Below are positions 51,727 through 63,239 of a DNA stretch of 64,000 nt, one piece after another (positions within the stretch are counted from its first letter, which is position 1; every line of letters starts with the position of its first letter). The stretch covers positions 12,361,950 to 12,425,949 of the forward strand of contig NC_134026.1 of NCBI RefSeq assembly GCF_964204645.1. The letters run 5' to 3'. A program made the translations under genes and the position numbers. Source of the DNA: Tubulanus polymorphus (taxonomy: Eukaryota > Animalia > Nemertea). The notes under the pieces were generated by a model. It ran no database searches, was not told the DNA's origin, and saw only the letters and a list, made by a program, of their open reading frames with translations.

Positions 51727-52688
51727 ATGGAAGAGAGTGAACAACATACAGAAAAAAATTGATGTTAATGAAAATCAATATTATTGTCCATATTGTAAAA
51801 AATACATTGATAAATCTAATAAATCTCATCATGAAAATTCTGCAAATCATTAAAAAAAATGTTATAGATTTTGAGACACCAGAAAATTCCAATGAAAGAA
51901 AAGAACAATTAGAAAATATGAAAAAATATGAAATTAAATGTAATGTTTGTAATGAATTTATAGCAAAAAGGAATTATAAAAGACATATCGAATCACAAAA
52001 ACATAAACAAAATTTGAATAGAAATATTTTAGGAACAGAATATTTTGATGATAAACCTCGACAAGTAAAAACCGGTTTCAAAAACTAAATCTATTTCAAA
52101 TAAACCTTACATGGAAAATGTTAGAAATTATATTGATTCGCTAGAAATAGAAGATACAATTGAAATTTTAGAAACATTACGTAGTAAAATTGGTCCTGCA
52201 GCTATTATATTTAGATTTTTTAAAGGAGCAACAATAGAAGATTATAGTTAATTTATTAAAATAATGGTAAAAATAATGGACCCTATTTTTACAGATGTTG
52301 AATATCCAAAAATTAGTATCTCTGGGAAAGTAAGTTTTATAGAGTCAGAAGAAAAAATGCATTATAATATTCAAACACACTCTGAAGAAATAATTTCAAA
52401 AACACAAATAAAAGAGAAATTAGAAAAAAATATTCAATGAATTTAAACGCCATATTGAAGAAAGATATTTCGAGGGTAATAATGATTTTATAATAACTCG
52501 ACATTATTATCCAAATGAACAAGATTTTAAATTATTGAGATTTAAAGGTGCAATTCCTTATTCATTTGATGATTTTTATGTAACAGAATTATTAAAAGAA
52601 CCATTTTATGATCAATTAAAAGAGGAGTATGTGAAAGATGAAGTGTTTAATAGAACATTAAATATTTGGAATCATTTTAAGATAAAGA
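51727..52688 (+). pseudogene. Polinton/Maverick-like fragment: C2H2 Zn fingers + protein-primed DNA polymerase B piece
   Basis: Very AT-rich; ATAAATG start; YCPYCKKYI...HENSANH and KCNVCNEFI...HIESQKH fingers; LLRFKGAIPY...FYDQL...IWNHFKIK matches the pPolB KGxxPY...FY..L...W..F region. Confidence 0.7.
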
Positions 52689-53417
52689 GTCCAAGAGTTT
52701 ACGAGTCAAGCGTTCGCAAGTCCGAAAGGATTAGGAGCATTTGTTTGTTACTTCTTTCATATTATTGATTTCTTGTTATTCCAATTATTTCATTTAAGTA
52801 TATTGCTGATCTGTTCATGTTACCAAAAGCGTCAATAAATAAATTTTGAACTGATCAAGTTTAATTCAAGGTCAATGAGTCACGGGTGGCTACTAGAATT
52901 ACGTTGGCATTAGACCACAATTAGGTTAGCTCGAAGATGCGTAGGGCCGGGCCGGACCCCAAAAATAGTAGCTAGAGTGAAGAAGAGTTTCCCCATAAAT
53001 GTTGCCATAATTTCTGCAAAAGGGATAGGTAACGAATTTCGGTTCCTAAGATGTTTGCCTATGAGCCATAAGCAGGATTTCCCCTGAATTTACGCGCTTA
53101 TATATGAACTAAACTCTCAAATTTCTTGTTTTTACAATAGGATATAGAATATTTTGGAATAGTGGTCTGAACTCTGACATTCGACTCAGAGAGAAAATAA
53201 ACGACAGAAAAGTATCAGGTGATTACGATAGCCTACTAACGGAACACACAGTTGACAGTGTTAGGCCTGTGCCGGTTGTTGCGTACTGGGACTAAAATAT
53301 ACTGGTTGGTCGGTTGGTTCGGTTGTAAAGTGTGGAAGCCAAGAATCAAGAAAGCCTACCGGCATTCATTTGTCTATAGGCCTATCATAGTAACCATTTT
53401 AAGTACGAAGTTGTTAC

Positions 53418-53732
53418 CGTACCTGTACGTGACTGTACGGTGATATCCACAGTCAACCGTACGTGAGTTCCCTACAAAAGCCGTACGTGAGTTCCTTATC
53501 GACATACGCGCATGCGTGAAAGAATAGGGTTTGGGTTAGGTGAGGCTATTTGTAAATCAACTTTCATCCACCTTGCAGTTACGTTTTGTGGCTCAGTGTG
53601 TAAATCACTGACTGGACTACTGCTGGCATTTTTTTTCTTCGTTTGGTTTCTTATCCCAATATTGCGAGTCAGAGCGTCAATGACTCACACGGCCAACCTG
53701 TGGAATTCACCGTACAGTCACGTACGGGTACA
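53418..53732. mobile_element. MITE with ~40-bp TIRs
   Basis: gtacctgtacgtgactgtacggtgatatccacag pairs with ctgtggaattcaccgtacagtcacgtacgggtac; internal tagggtttgggttagg. Confidence 0.7.
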
Positions 53733-54377
53733 ACCGCGTTTTAAGTATTAAGTGAGTACGATAAGCCTACCATGCCTACGTAGGCCTACTACAAACACAA
53801 CTTTTTCCCTCTCGTCGGCCCTACCCTGATGTTACTATAACTGGTACCATTATCACATTGATAGGATTTGGTCAGGACTAGCCTAAAGACTAATTCAGTC
53901 TATGCACTATTCACTCGATATTATTAATATAATACAGTGAAGTATTCACACGCAGAAAGGCTATGATTTGAGCCATGCAATTAAATTTTACTCAGGCCTT
54001 CTCTGACCTGCTGACATAAATAGTCAAACCTAGATCCAAAACGTTCATGTGGTCACGGCTTGTACAGCAGAAATCATTGTAGGCCTGTGCATTTTGCTGT
54101 ACGTAAGTTTGGTATATTACCGATTTCTCCAATCTTGACTTAAGTGTACGGTACAGCTGTACGCATTATAGTAATTGTACCAATGGGAATAGGGCCTATT
54201 GATTGGGCTTATTATGTCCTGCTTTAGAATACTAAAATAAGCCCAACGTTCATTCAAATATCCAACATCGGTGAAAGTTTGATTACTGTATACATGTACT
54301 GTAGGTTTTCATGTTGTATGAATATTTTGCAGTTCAAATGGGTATGATGCTGATTCCAATGTCAAACACATGAATTT

Positions 54378-57043
54378 AAACGGTTCCTGAACTTCAATGA
54401 AAAAGCTGAAACACTGAAACGCTAAAAAGAAAACGCTGAAATTTCCGGCAATTTCCGAAAACGCTTAAATTTCAGGGAATTTCCAAAAAACACTGAAATC
54501 GTGCTAGGAACCGACAACACACGTTTTGAAATATTTTACGGACCGGGACCGCTACCGAGTCCTGAACCTTTGCTTTAGTCTCTACCTAATTTTTGGTTAT
54601 AGAGGTATGCAAACACAGTGTGTGTGGAGTATGAAAACCCTATCAAAACCCTATCACAACCGTACAAGCCAACTTTAAACACTATGCTGAATAATCCAAG
54701 AATGTGGTTTACTTCGAAAAGACGAAAAAATCCTATTTGAACATTTCAAATGTATACAAAATATGTTTTGTCAACTTTTGTTTTGTCAACACGTCACGCA
54801 TGACTATGGGCGACTGTGGTATTCTCCGTTGGAGACTGGAGGTAAGTTAAATTTGATAGCTAGTTATAATGATGATGCGGCTTTTGGACAAAAGGGATCT
54901 TACTTAGTTTCTTTTTAATTCATCGGGGGCATGGAATGGATTTAACAATTGCGAATAATTTATTTGCTATAATCATCAGGTTTTTTAAGAAATGACATAC
55001 CATCTGTTAGAAAAATGTACAATTCTTATTTTTATACTATCTATAAAAGGAGGAATCATAGACCAAGTTGATTTGCTAAGAAGGACATACAGATACCGAG
55101 AGCAAAGATTTCTTGTAGCAGTTATTATATTTCATGCATTCAGATGCCAACAGTGAATTTCAACTGTGAAATTTGCAGCAGGATAGCTACACACACAATT
55201 CAAAAAAAATAAAATAAAACGAACGCTATTTCAGTAATAACTTGAGTCAACAAGGGAAAAATAAGTCAACAGCTGATGTACAGTAGTACCCCGCTTTACT
55301 TGGTTTTCCTGGGACCAAATTAGTTGTCTTTAAAAGTTAAGCGATATTCCGAGGTAACCAAGGGGATTTCAATAGAACACGAAGCATTTTAAAACTGATT
55401 TCTTTTGTGTACTCTTGCAGAATGTATATTTAAAGCTGTTAATTGATTAGAGTTAGATAAACGTTAAATTATTGGATCTTTCTTGTTGACTCGTATAATT
55501 TTGAGGGTTTAGAGTTCCAGTTAATCCACAATGTGCAGTGCCTAGCCTTGATCAACACTAAAGCCAAGCCTGTGTATGGGAAAATGTTTTTCGACTCTCA
55601 TAGGCCAGACAAATGGAGACATGAATGCAGAAGGTAGTCTCCAGCAAGTTGAGAAAGTAAACCAAGTTTTGACCTCTATCCGGGGACGACCACTTAAGGC
55701 TCCTCCTTGTAGAAAATGTAAAAATATGAAACCCAATCGAAGCTATGCTAAGTACAATGACAGTTGAACCTTTATTTACGTTTTCAATGACACCGAAAAT
55801 AAAATAGAAATAATCAAATTTCGATGCTAGCACTTATTATGGGTTGTCAGGTCCAGCCTAACTGTACTTTCATTCAACTACTTCTTGTATGAAACATGGA
55901 ATAACACGAGGAGTTACAAGGAATTACCAAACAATAAGAAAAAACTCTTGAGAATTAGAATTACTGTAGTTGAGAATTTATTCAAATGATGTGAAAACTT
56001 CATTGTTAGCTCATACGGGTACATGCACATAAAACAATAACAACAATTTATATCATGATTCACAGATAAATGAAATGTAAATAAATGAAGACAAATATTA
56101 TTTATTTAATTTTCCATTTGGGGGAAGCATGATGGTAGTTTTTGGAACTAATGTAGTTTTGATGAACACATTTTTCGGCTAGTAAGTATCATGTTATACA
56201 GTGTGTCCTGACAATTTCTTATTCCTTCTGATTCAACTGAAGATTCCGGCTCTTGTGAAGGAAATGAGGTCCTCCATCATTCGATCAAAAGTTGAGCTCG
56301 GACCACTATTCCAAAGTCTTCTATATCCTAAAATAAAGTAAAAATAAGGAATCCGAGAGTTTAGTTCCTATATAAGCGCGTACATTCAGGGGAAATCCTG
56401 CTTATGGCATAGGCCAGCATCTTAGCGACGCATTGAAGTAGTTTTTGCCCGACTAGGGCCTACCCAACCTAACTTTTGAAATAATCAAACCTTTAGAAAG
56501 GAGGGGTATCCCAGTCAAGGTATGCCAGTACATCCGAGCCGAATGCCCGACCGTGTTTGGTCCTCATACTCCGAGCAAAAGAGGTCCTGGAAATTTCTTT
56601 TATCATCATTCTGCCTCAATCTCAGGGCCAATGGATTTCATACATATAGCCAAAATTCGTTACCTATCCCACTTGCCAAAATTATGGCAACATTTATGGA
56701 GGACCTCTTCTTCACTCTAGCTACTACTATAGGGTCCGGTCCGCCCTACGCATCTTCGAGCTACTAACCTATTAATTGTCGTCTGATGCCAGTTGACAAT
56801 GTTGAATTGGATGGAGCCGAAAACGACGACCTTGTAGGCATGTCTCTATAACCCGAAAATTCGGTAAAGACTTAAGCATGGTTTAGGACTCGGCAGCAGA
56901 CACCCGCCCCGGAAAAATTATCAAAACGTGTATCGTCGGTTCCTAGCACGATTTCAGCGTTTTTAGGAAATTCCCTGAAATTTCAGCGTTTTCTTTCCAG
57001 CTTTTCAATGTTTCAGCTTTTTAGCGAAGTTCAGGAACCGTTT
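54378..57043. mobile_element. Non-autonomous DNA transposon with ~170-190-bp TIRs
   Basis: 54378-54570 (aaacggttcctgaacttc...cgtgctaggaaccgac...ccgagtcctgaacc) is the diverged reverse complement of 56879-57043. Confidence 0.7.
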
Positions 57044-57743
57044 CAACTCAAGCTAAGTGATTCAACACGATCGACATAACACTGGAATAGGTTTGCAGTG
57101 ACTAACAGTTCATTTCATTTAGTCCTATGTACTCTGTAGCCAATTTGGATTTGATTGTAAATTAATTTCTGGAACTGTTAACAAGAGACAAGTAAGACAA
57201 TTAGAAGGAACAGTGGAAAAGCTTATGCTTGATTCTCATATTCAAATTCAATTCAAATTCTAATTTATTTTTTTACATCATATTTACAAAGCATATCATT
57301 GGTTCATACAGTAATAACAATTAGGACAGAACAAATATTATTATAGAATTTTCAAAAGGGTTATGAAAGATCAAGAGTGACTCGCCCGTTTATTAGGAAA
57401 CACACACAACTAGTGGAATAGGATTGATATTTACACACATGTTGCAGGCATAAATTGTTTATCAGTATAGCATTTGTAATCAATAAATCAACATCGGCCC
57501 GAAACCCAGACCAAATCAATTAAAAATTTATTGATTGAATCTACACTACAATATATGTATTTATTCAAATATTTCAATAAAAATATTAACTCCTTAAATC
57601 TATTCCAAATCATAATACGTTCTTATATGTAAATATACTCAATCTATCGACTCAGCAGGTGAGTTCTTAACAGGACAGATCCATTTTTAAGTGTGGTAAA
57701 AATATAGTATAATACAATTTCGGAAGAGTATCCAGATAGTTAA

Positions 57744-57929
57744 ATAATAAAAACGCAACTATTACAATCTTCATGTTGAAAATGAGCTTATTTACATGTT
57801 ATATTTTTCGATCGATTTCATGTCATTTTTTGAAAAGGACTCGGAGATGAGTCGAAATCGATCGAAACGTATAACATGTAGATAAACTCATTTTCATCAT
57901 GAAGATTGTGATAGTTGCGTTTTTATTAT
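57744..57929. repeat. Inverted (hairpin) duplication of a Penelope pLTR fragment
   Basis: Arms 57744-57819 and 57854-57929 are reverse complements; the loop plus right arm match 40247-40358. Confidence 0.8.
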
Positions 57930-58864
57930 CATTTAAAATACAGTATCATGATGTTTCAATGCCAAAAATAAATGCCTGGTCGAATAAATTCATATTTGTT
58001 GATTGTACGTCCGCGTAAGTTCGGTTTCAAAGCTGAGTCACACTTGACGTTTACGCAGTGGTTGAATATTAGGTTCGAATCTGTCAATGCATTTTATTCC
58101 ATGTATCGGTATTTCAATTTACTACAATTCCCATCATCCTGAATGGCCTTGCAGAAAACCCTTCCTCGCTGCTTGGCAGCTATATTTCTCTATTTTGAAT
58201 TATCAATATAACAATAAATAGCCTAATTGTCAAGTAAAATGACTTCCGACTTCAATTATTTATTTCAATTGATAATAAAAGCAACATGATTTCATTCGGC
58301 AACGACTGGGCGACTCGTATTTTTTTCTTGCACGAACCTCCATTTCACGAATATACGATTTGTGCGTACTTTGTAATGTATCCGCCAGTGATCCAGTAAT
58401 AATTTGCTGTAACGATCTCATATAAGTTTGACGGGAACACAAATAGAAAATTATACATTAATTTGTTTTCGTATCGACTTATGGTGATTTATATCAACCG
58501 TGAGATTCCAATTCACCAGATTTTTAAGGCGAAGGTGAAGCATGATTAAATCGTCCCATTTCCATTAATGAGCCTAGCTTGTATCAAATAAAACGCGTAA
58601 ATCATTCAAGTTTGCTTCTTTTACATCAAGAATAATTAATGAAACGGGAACCAAACATGTCTTATGTGGATTAATTAAGCAGCAATGTTAAGTAGAGTTT
58701 TCTCATTTACCAGTTCCTTAAGCTAAAATAAATGTGTGTGGGGTCACGACATTCTAGATTTTGATAACTTCCAAAATAACGGGTAAAAGCGTAACGATAA
58801 CCAAATTTTTCATTTCCCTGAGGCTATATTGTCTCGTGTAAAGATTGATCACATTTTAGATATA

Positions 58865-59470
58865 TCAGGCTGTCTCAAACAAAAACATTGAGTTGAAAAT
58901 TGTTTATATTGTTTCTAGTTTAAGTACCGTTTTGAAATTAATTCAGGATCTATACGTAACTAATCTTATCTGACATCTATTTATTCATTTCAAATCCAAG
59001 GCAATGTGGTGGCACATGTTTATACAGCTATACCATGCAGCTATCAACCTGCTGTCTTTGAACACCTCATCAGACGTTCGACAGATATTCACCATTTTCG
59101 CCAACCATGTTCGTCCAGCTCTCTGTGGCAGTATCCCGGGCACTTTTTGAAAATCAATCAGCTTGTCATGTCTGAACCATTTAATTTTGGACGGACATCC
59201 ACAATTAATGGAAAATGAGACCGTACAGGTGATTGTCGGGCGTACAGACAGCAGATTGACAGGTCCATTAATGTACCGGTAACCTAACTCGTGATAGACA
59301 CTTTGTCGACGGCAAAATACTGTCCATTTCTTACACGGGTCTTTCAAAAGAGCGACGAATTTCTTGGCACGTATCATAGATTTGGCTGCGTACGTCTGGG
59401 TGTAGCCATTTTTAAAGCACCGTTGCCGTGGCGAGCCTCAATACTTTGGGAAGGTGAAACTACGTTGAAG
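58865..59470 (-). pseudogene. Possible very decayed Tc1/mariner-type remnant
   Basis: caggctgtctcaaa TIR-like end at ~58866 and weakly transposase-like peptide stretches; no clean catalytic motif. Confidence 0.25.
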
Positions 59471-59924
59471 CGATGATGATTGCCTAATGAAAATTCATTA
59501 CTGCTGACTTTTTAGATTAATTCAATTTGATATCAATCATTCATCCGACAATCCCCAATGACCTCCCGCAGTTTTAGAGGATATTGATTCGTCAAACATA
59601 AGAAAACATGGCAAATTCGAAAGTGGGTTAAGATGGCAATTGGGGTAATATATCCACCCTTAATATCTTGCTGGAAGAGCTCGAGTGCTGGTTGGAAGTA
59701 CCATTCCAGTTCCAGTGTATAGAAATACTTGCAAGTTAATTCGGAGGGAAAGTTCTAATAAGCTTATTGCGTCAGTTTGGTGAATCATAAGACTATTAGC
59801 CATTATTCTGACATTAGATCACTGTTCTATATATTGTATGAACATGTGAAATAATCTGCTGACTCAATTGAGCAGTGTACAGTAGTAATTGGAATATCAG
59901 GGTTCAGATAAGAGGTCGTGAGGT

Positions 59925-60153
59925 CAACAACAACAAAATATTGAAATTAGAAAAGATAAAAACTAAATATGGAGAGAAAGTATCAGCAAATTTAAGTTAC
60001 TGTAATCTTAGTACAGCGCGAGAATTTAAAGTATTTTTACCTGATAAATGGGTTTCCTTGAGTACAGAGGATTTAAAAGATTTAGAAGGATTTAAAATAA
60101 TTTACCATGGGAAAAAATGAAGACGGGCATCATGGTTTAGAAGTTGTTGATTA
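59925..60153 (+). pseudogene. Small Polinton-associated protein fragment (DUF845-like)
   Basis: KLEKIKTKYGEKVSANL...FKVFLPDKW resembles the KTKYG...VFLP small-protein family; 5' end appears deleted. Confidence 0.4.
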
Positions 60154-60303
60154 AAAAAAATAAATTGATAATAAAATTAATTAAATATTAAGAATCCGAA
60201 ATGACTTATCTGGACAATTTTATTGCTCCGGATAGATAGACAAAAGTACTGAGATATTTAATTAATTAAAAATGAAATTATTTTTTTGCTTTTTTCTTAA
60301 ATA

Positions 60304-60672
60304 TTAATCCGTTTCTTTTATTGTGAATTTCAGAATTTCAGAAGTATTTTCATTTTTGATAATAGTAGTTTCAGAATTATAAATATCATAAATTTTATTT
60401 GATTTTTTATACCAACTACACCCAATCAAAATGAACACAATTACAAATCCAGTTGTAAAATATAAATATTTATCAAATATTCTATTATCAGAAGGAGTAG
60501 AAATAAAAATCTTTTCACCTTTATTATTAACATTTTCATTACTTATTTTTTCTTTTATAGCTTTTTTAAATTCTCTCGATTTAATTCCTAATTGCCGAGA
60601 CCATTCAATTTGTTTCTGTGATCTCGGTTTTTTCTTCACAGTTAATCCTTTCACCTCTTCCACTTCGCTCAT
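60304..60672 (-). CDS. Small basic protein with one predicted transmembrane helix (Polinton-like element)
   Basis: Open 122-aa ORF, AATAAATG start, Lys/Arg-rich N-terminus, hydrophobic YLYFTTGFVIVFILIGCSWY. Confidence 0.55.
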   Translation of the reverse strand: MSEVEEVKGLTVKKKPRSQKQIEWSRQLGIKSREFKKAIKEKISNENVNNKGEKIFISTPSDNRIFDKYLYFTTGFVIVFILIGCSWYKKSNKIYDIYNSETTIIKNENTSEILKFTIKETD

Positions 60673-61279
60673 TTATTGTAGAGACCATTCAATTTGTTTG
60701 AGTTCTCGGTTTTTTCTTCTCTTCTTCCACCTTGCTCATTTAATATAGAAAACTTTTTACTTTCAATATTTGAAAATGTTATAACTCCAGTTGATAATAA
60801 TGTCATAAATCCACCTAATTGAAATGATGAATATCCAATCCATTTATTTAATTCAGTCATTACTAAATAATCATTTTTTAAATCGGAATATAATCTATTT
60901 TCATCTTGAATTGGTAGCATATATTCACATAATTTACTATAACCTTTTACTACATTTTCTGATATCGCATCATTAAGTCTAGCTATTCTCGCAGTTTCAT
61001 AAATCTTAAATAATTTAATAATTTCATCTGATTTCATTGTATCTAATTCATTATAAGTTAAATTTTTACTAATAAAACTTTTACATTTTCCAGATGCTAT
61101 TAATATTTCTAATTGATGTTTGCAATAAGATAATATTCATAATTATTGTTTGTAGCAATATCATTTAAAGCACCATTATTATCTGGTGTCAATTTTGTTT
61201 CTGTTATTCCCAAATCATCCAAAGTTTTTTCAATTGGAACGTCACTATTTTTAGATTTTATTTTCTTTTCACCTCCCAT
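60669..61279 (-). pseudogene. Uncharacterised Polinton-like protein, frameshifted
   Basis: TATATAAATG start at 61279 (MGGEKKIK...), frameshift near 61130 into CKHQLEILIASGKCKSFISKNLTYNELDTMKSDEIIKLFKIYE..., hydrophobic C-terminal segment. Confidence 0.55.
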
Positions 61280-61499
61280 TTATATAACAAAAAAATTAAT
61301 TGTGTTGTTGCAACTAGAATTTAACTAGAATGTAACTAAAAATATACTAGATTAACAAGCTAGTTGAAATATTATTGTTTTTATTTATTTCTTGTTGAAT
61401 GTTATTTGATTTTTGTTTCAACTACCGATAACTAAGATTTGACTAGAAGGTGACTAAAATATACCAGATTAAGAAGCTAGGTGAGTTTAAAAGAATTCA

Positions 61500-62084
61500 T
61501 ATTTAAATGGGTGTTGTCATCGAAATAGTAATTTTCATCTTTTATTATTTTTCAATTTATCCATATATTCATTGTGTAAATCATGCGGGATAATATCATT
61601 TTCCTCAAGCGCATTTTTCATTGATTTTCTATCTTTATTGTAGAATAATACTAAAAATCTAATGTTTTCTCTAACAATTGAATTATATTTTGATTTAAAA
61701 CCCATGTTGTTATCCCGAAATGTCTCCCAGAGAAAGCTAAATAGCATAACTCACTTTCTCTAACTTTTGAATCATGTAAATTAGCACAATCATATATGAT
61801 AAATAATGTATTAGATCTTTTATATATATATCAATTGCTATTTTAATACAAATATCTAAATTTTCTTCTGTTTTAGGATCTAATACAATAAATTTATTAT
61901 TTCTAGTAATATTTCTATCATAAGTTTGATTAAATTCATACGTTGGACAAAATAATACTATATTATCAAAATAGTTTTTATAAACAGTTTCTAATAAATT
62001 TAATATAAAATAAGTTTTTCCACAATTTGTTACACCAGAAATTAACATATTATGAGGTTCAAATATAAATAATTCCTTATTCAT
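61500..62084 (-). pseudogene. A32/FtsK-like packaging ATPase
   Basis: Walker A ISGVTNCGKT, FDNIVLFCPT, downstream IVRENIRFLVLF; frameshifts split it into ORFs 61737-62084 and 61535-61747. Confidence 0.85.
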
Positions 62085-63209
62085 TTATATATTTTTAATT
62101 TTACTCGATAATATCCATTCATTGAATTTATCTGGCCATCCAACCCATTTTACTAAAGAATATTTTTTTCTATTAACAGTTTTTGTTTTCAATACTTTTT
62201 CAATTTTATATTCTTGTTCTCGATTTTCAGTAGTTTAACTTAATTCTTCTTCATAAAAGTACCCATCAACTTCTTCACCATCTAAATCTTCTAATTTATA
62301 GACATATGGTTTTGTTGTTATTACCTTTTTCATTTTATATATTTCTCTAGTAAAATTACGATCGTATCCTTTGTCAAATATCTTTTTATACTTAGAAATT
62401 CTAACATTTTGACCAACTTTAAATTTAGGTTCACCAAAATCATCTACAAGAAATGCTCCATATAAATTATTCCAATGAATTTCAGCATTTTCAGGTTTTC
62501 TAGCATCGGTAGGTTTCATTCCAATAGAAGAATGATAAGAATTATTATAACCTATCAATTTTGGTAAAACAACAATCCATTTAAAAGTGTTATTTGCTGT
62601 AAAAGATTTCCACATTCTTGTTCTTAATGTTCTATTAAATCGTTCAACAACTGCTGCTTTTTTATCCGATTTTGTTGAAAAATATTTAATATTATGATAA
62701 TCCAAGAGTTCATGAACAGATGAATTATCAAATTCTTTTCCATCATCAAATTGTATTTTTTCTGGCTTTAATTTACCACCTGAAAGAAATTTTCTTAAAA
62801 CATTTGATGTTTGTACAGCATCTTTTCTATAAAGTGGGAAGCTCCATACATAACGACTAAAAATATCAATTATATTCAATATCCACCAATAATCATCATT
62901 ATCTTTCTAAACATTTTTCATATCAATTAAATCTCCTTGCCACTGTTGATCTACATAACTTACCATAGTTTTACGAGTTTTATATTTTCTAACAATTTTT
63001 TTATGCGATGTATATGTTGGTTGTTCTAACATAAAATCATTTATATCTTTATATTTAACTAAATTTTGTGGGATTATCTTATCTAATTTATCTTGTTTTA
63101 CTTGATGCCATATTTTTTTGGTAGAAGAAAAAGCAACCGAACTCTCAGGGTTATAATATAAATTTCTTAAATATTGTTCTTTAGTATTTCGAGTTTTTTT
63201 ATCCCCCAT
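62085..63209 (-). pseudogene. Retroviral-like (rve) integrase with C-terminal chromodomain
   Basis: YYNP, QWQGDLIDM, IDIFSRY, QFDDGKEF, VVERFNRTLR, FKVGQNVRIS...FDKGY, GYFYEEEL; after an in-frame stop at 62235-62237, YKIEKVLK...SLVKWVGWPDKFNEWI; frameshift near 62900. Confidence 0.93.
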
Positions 63210-63239
63210 TTATATATCGTTAATTTTAACTTTATATTT

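Noticed and set aside
53525-53540. Interstitial telomeric repeat
   Set aside because: Only two or three imperfect units, inside a MITE.
60431-60748. Plus-strand 105-aa ORF
   Set aside because: It is the antisense shadow of the minus-strand viral genes.
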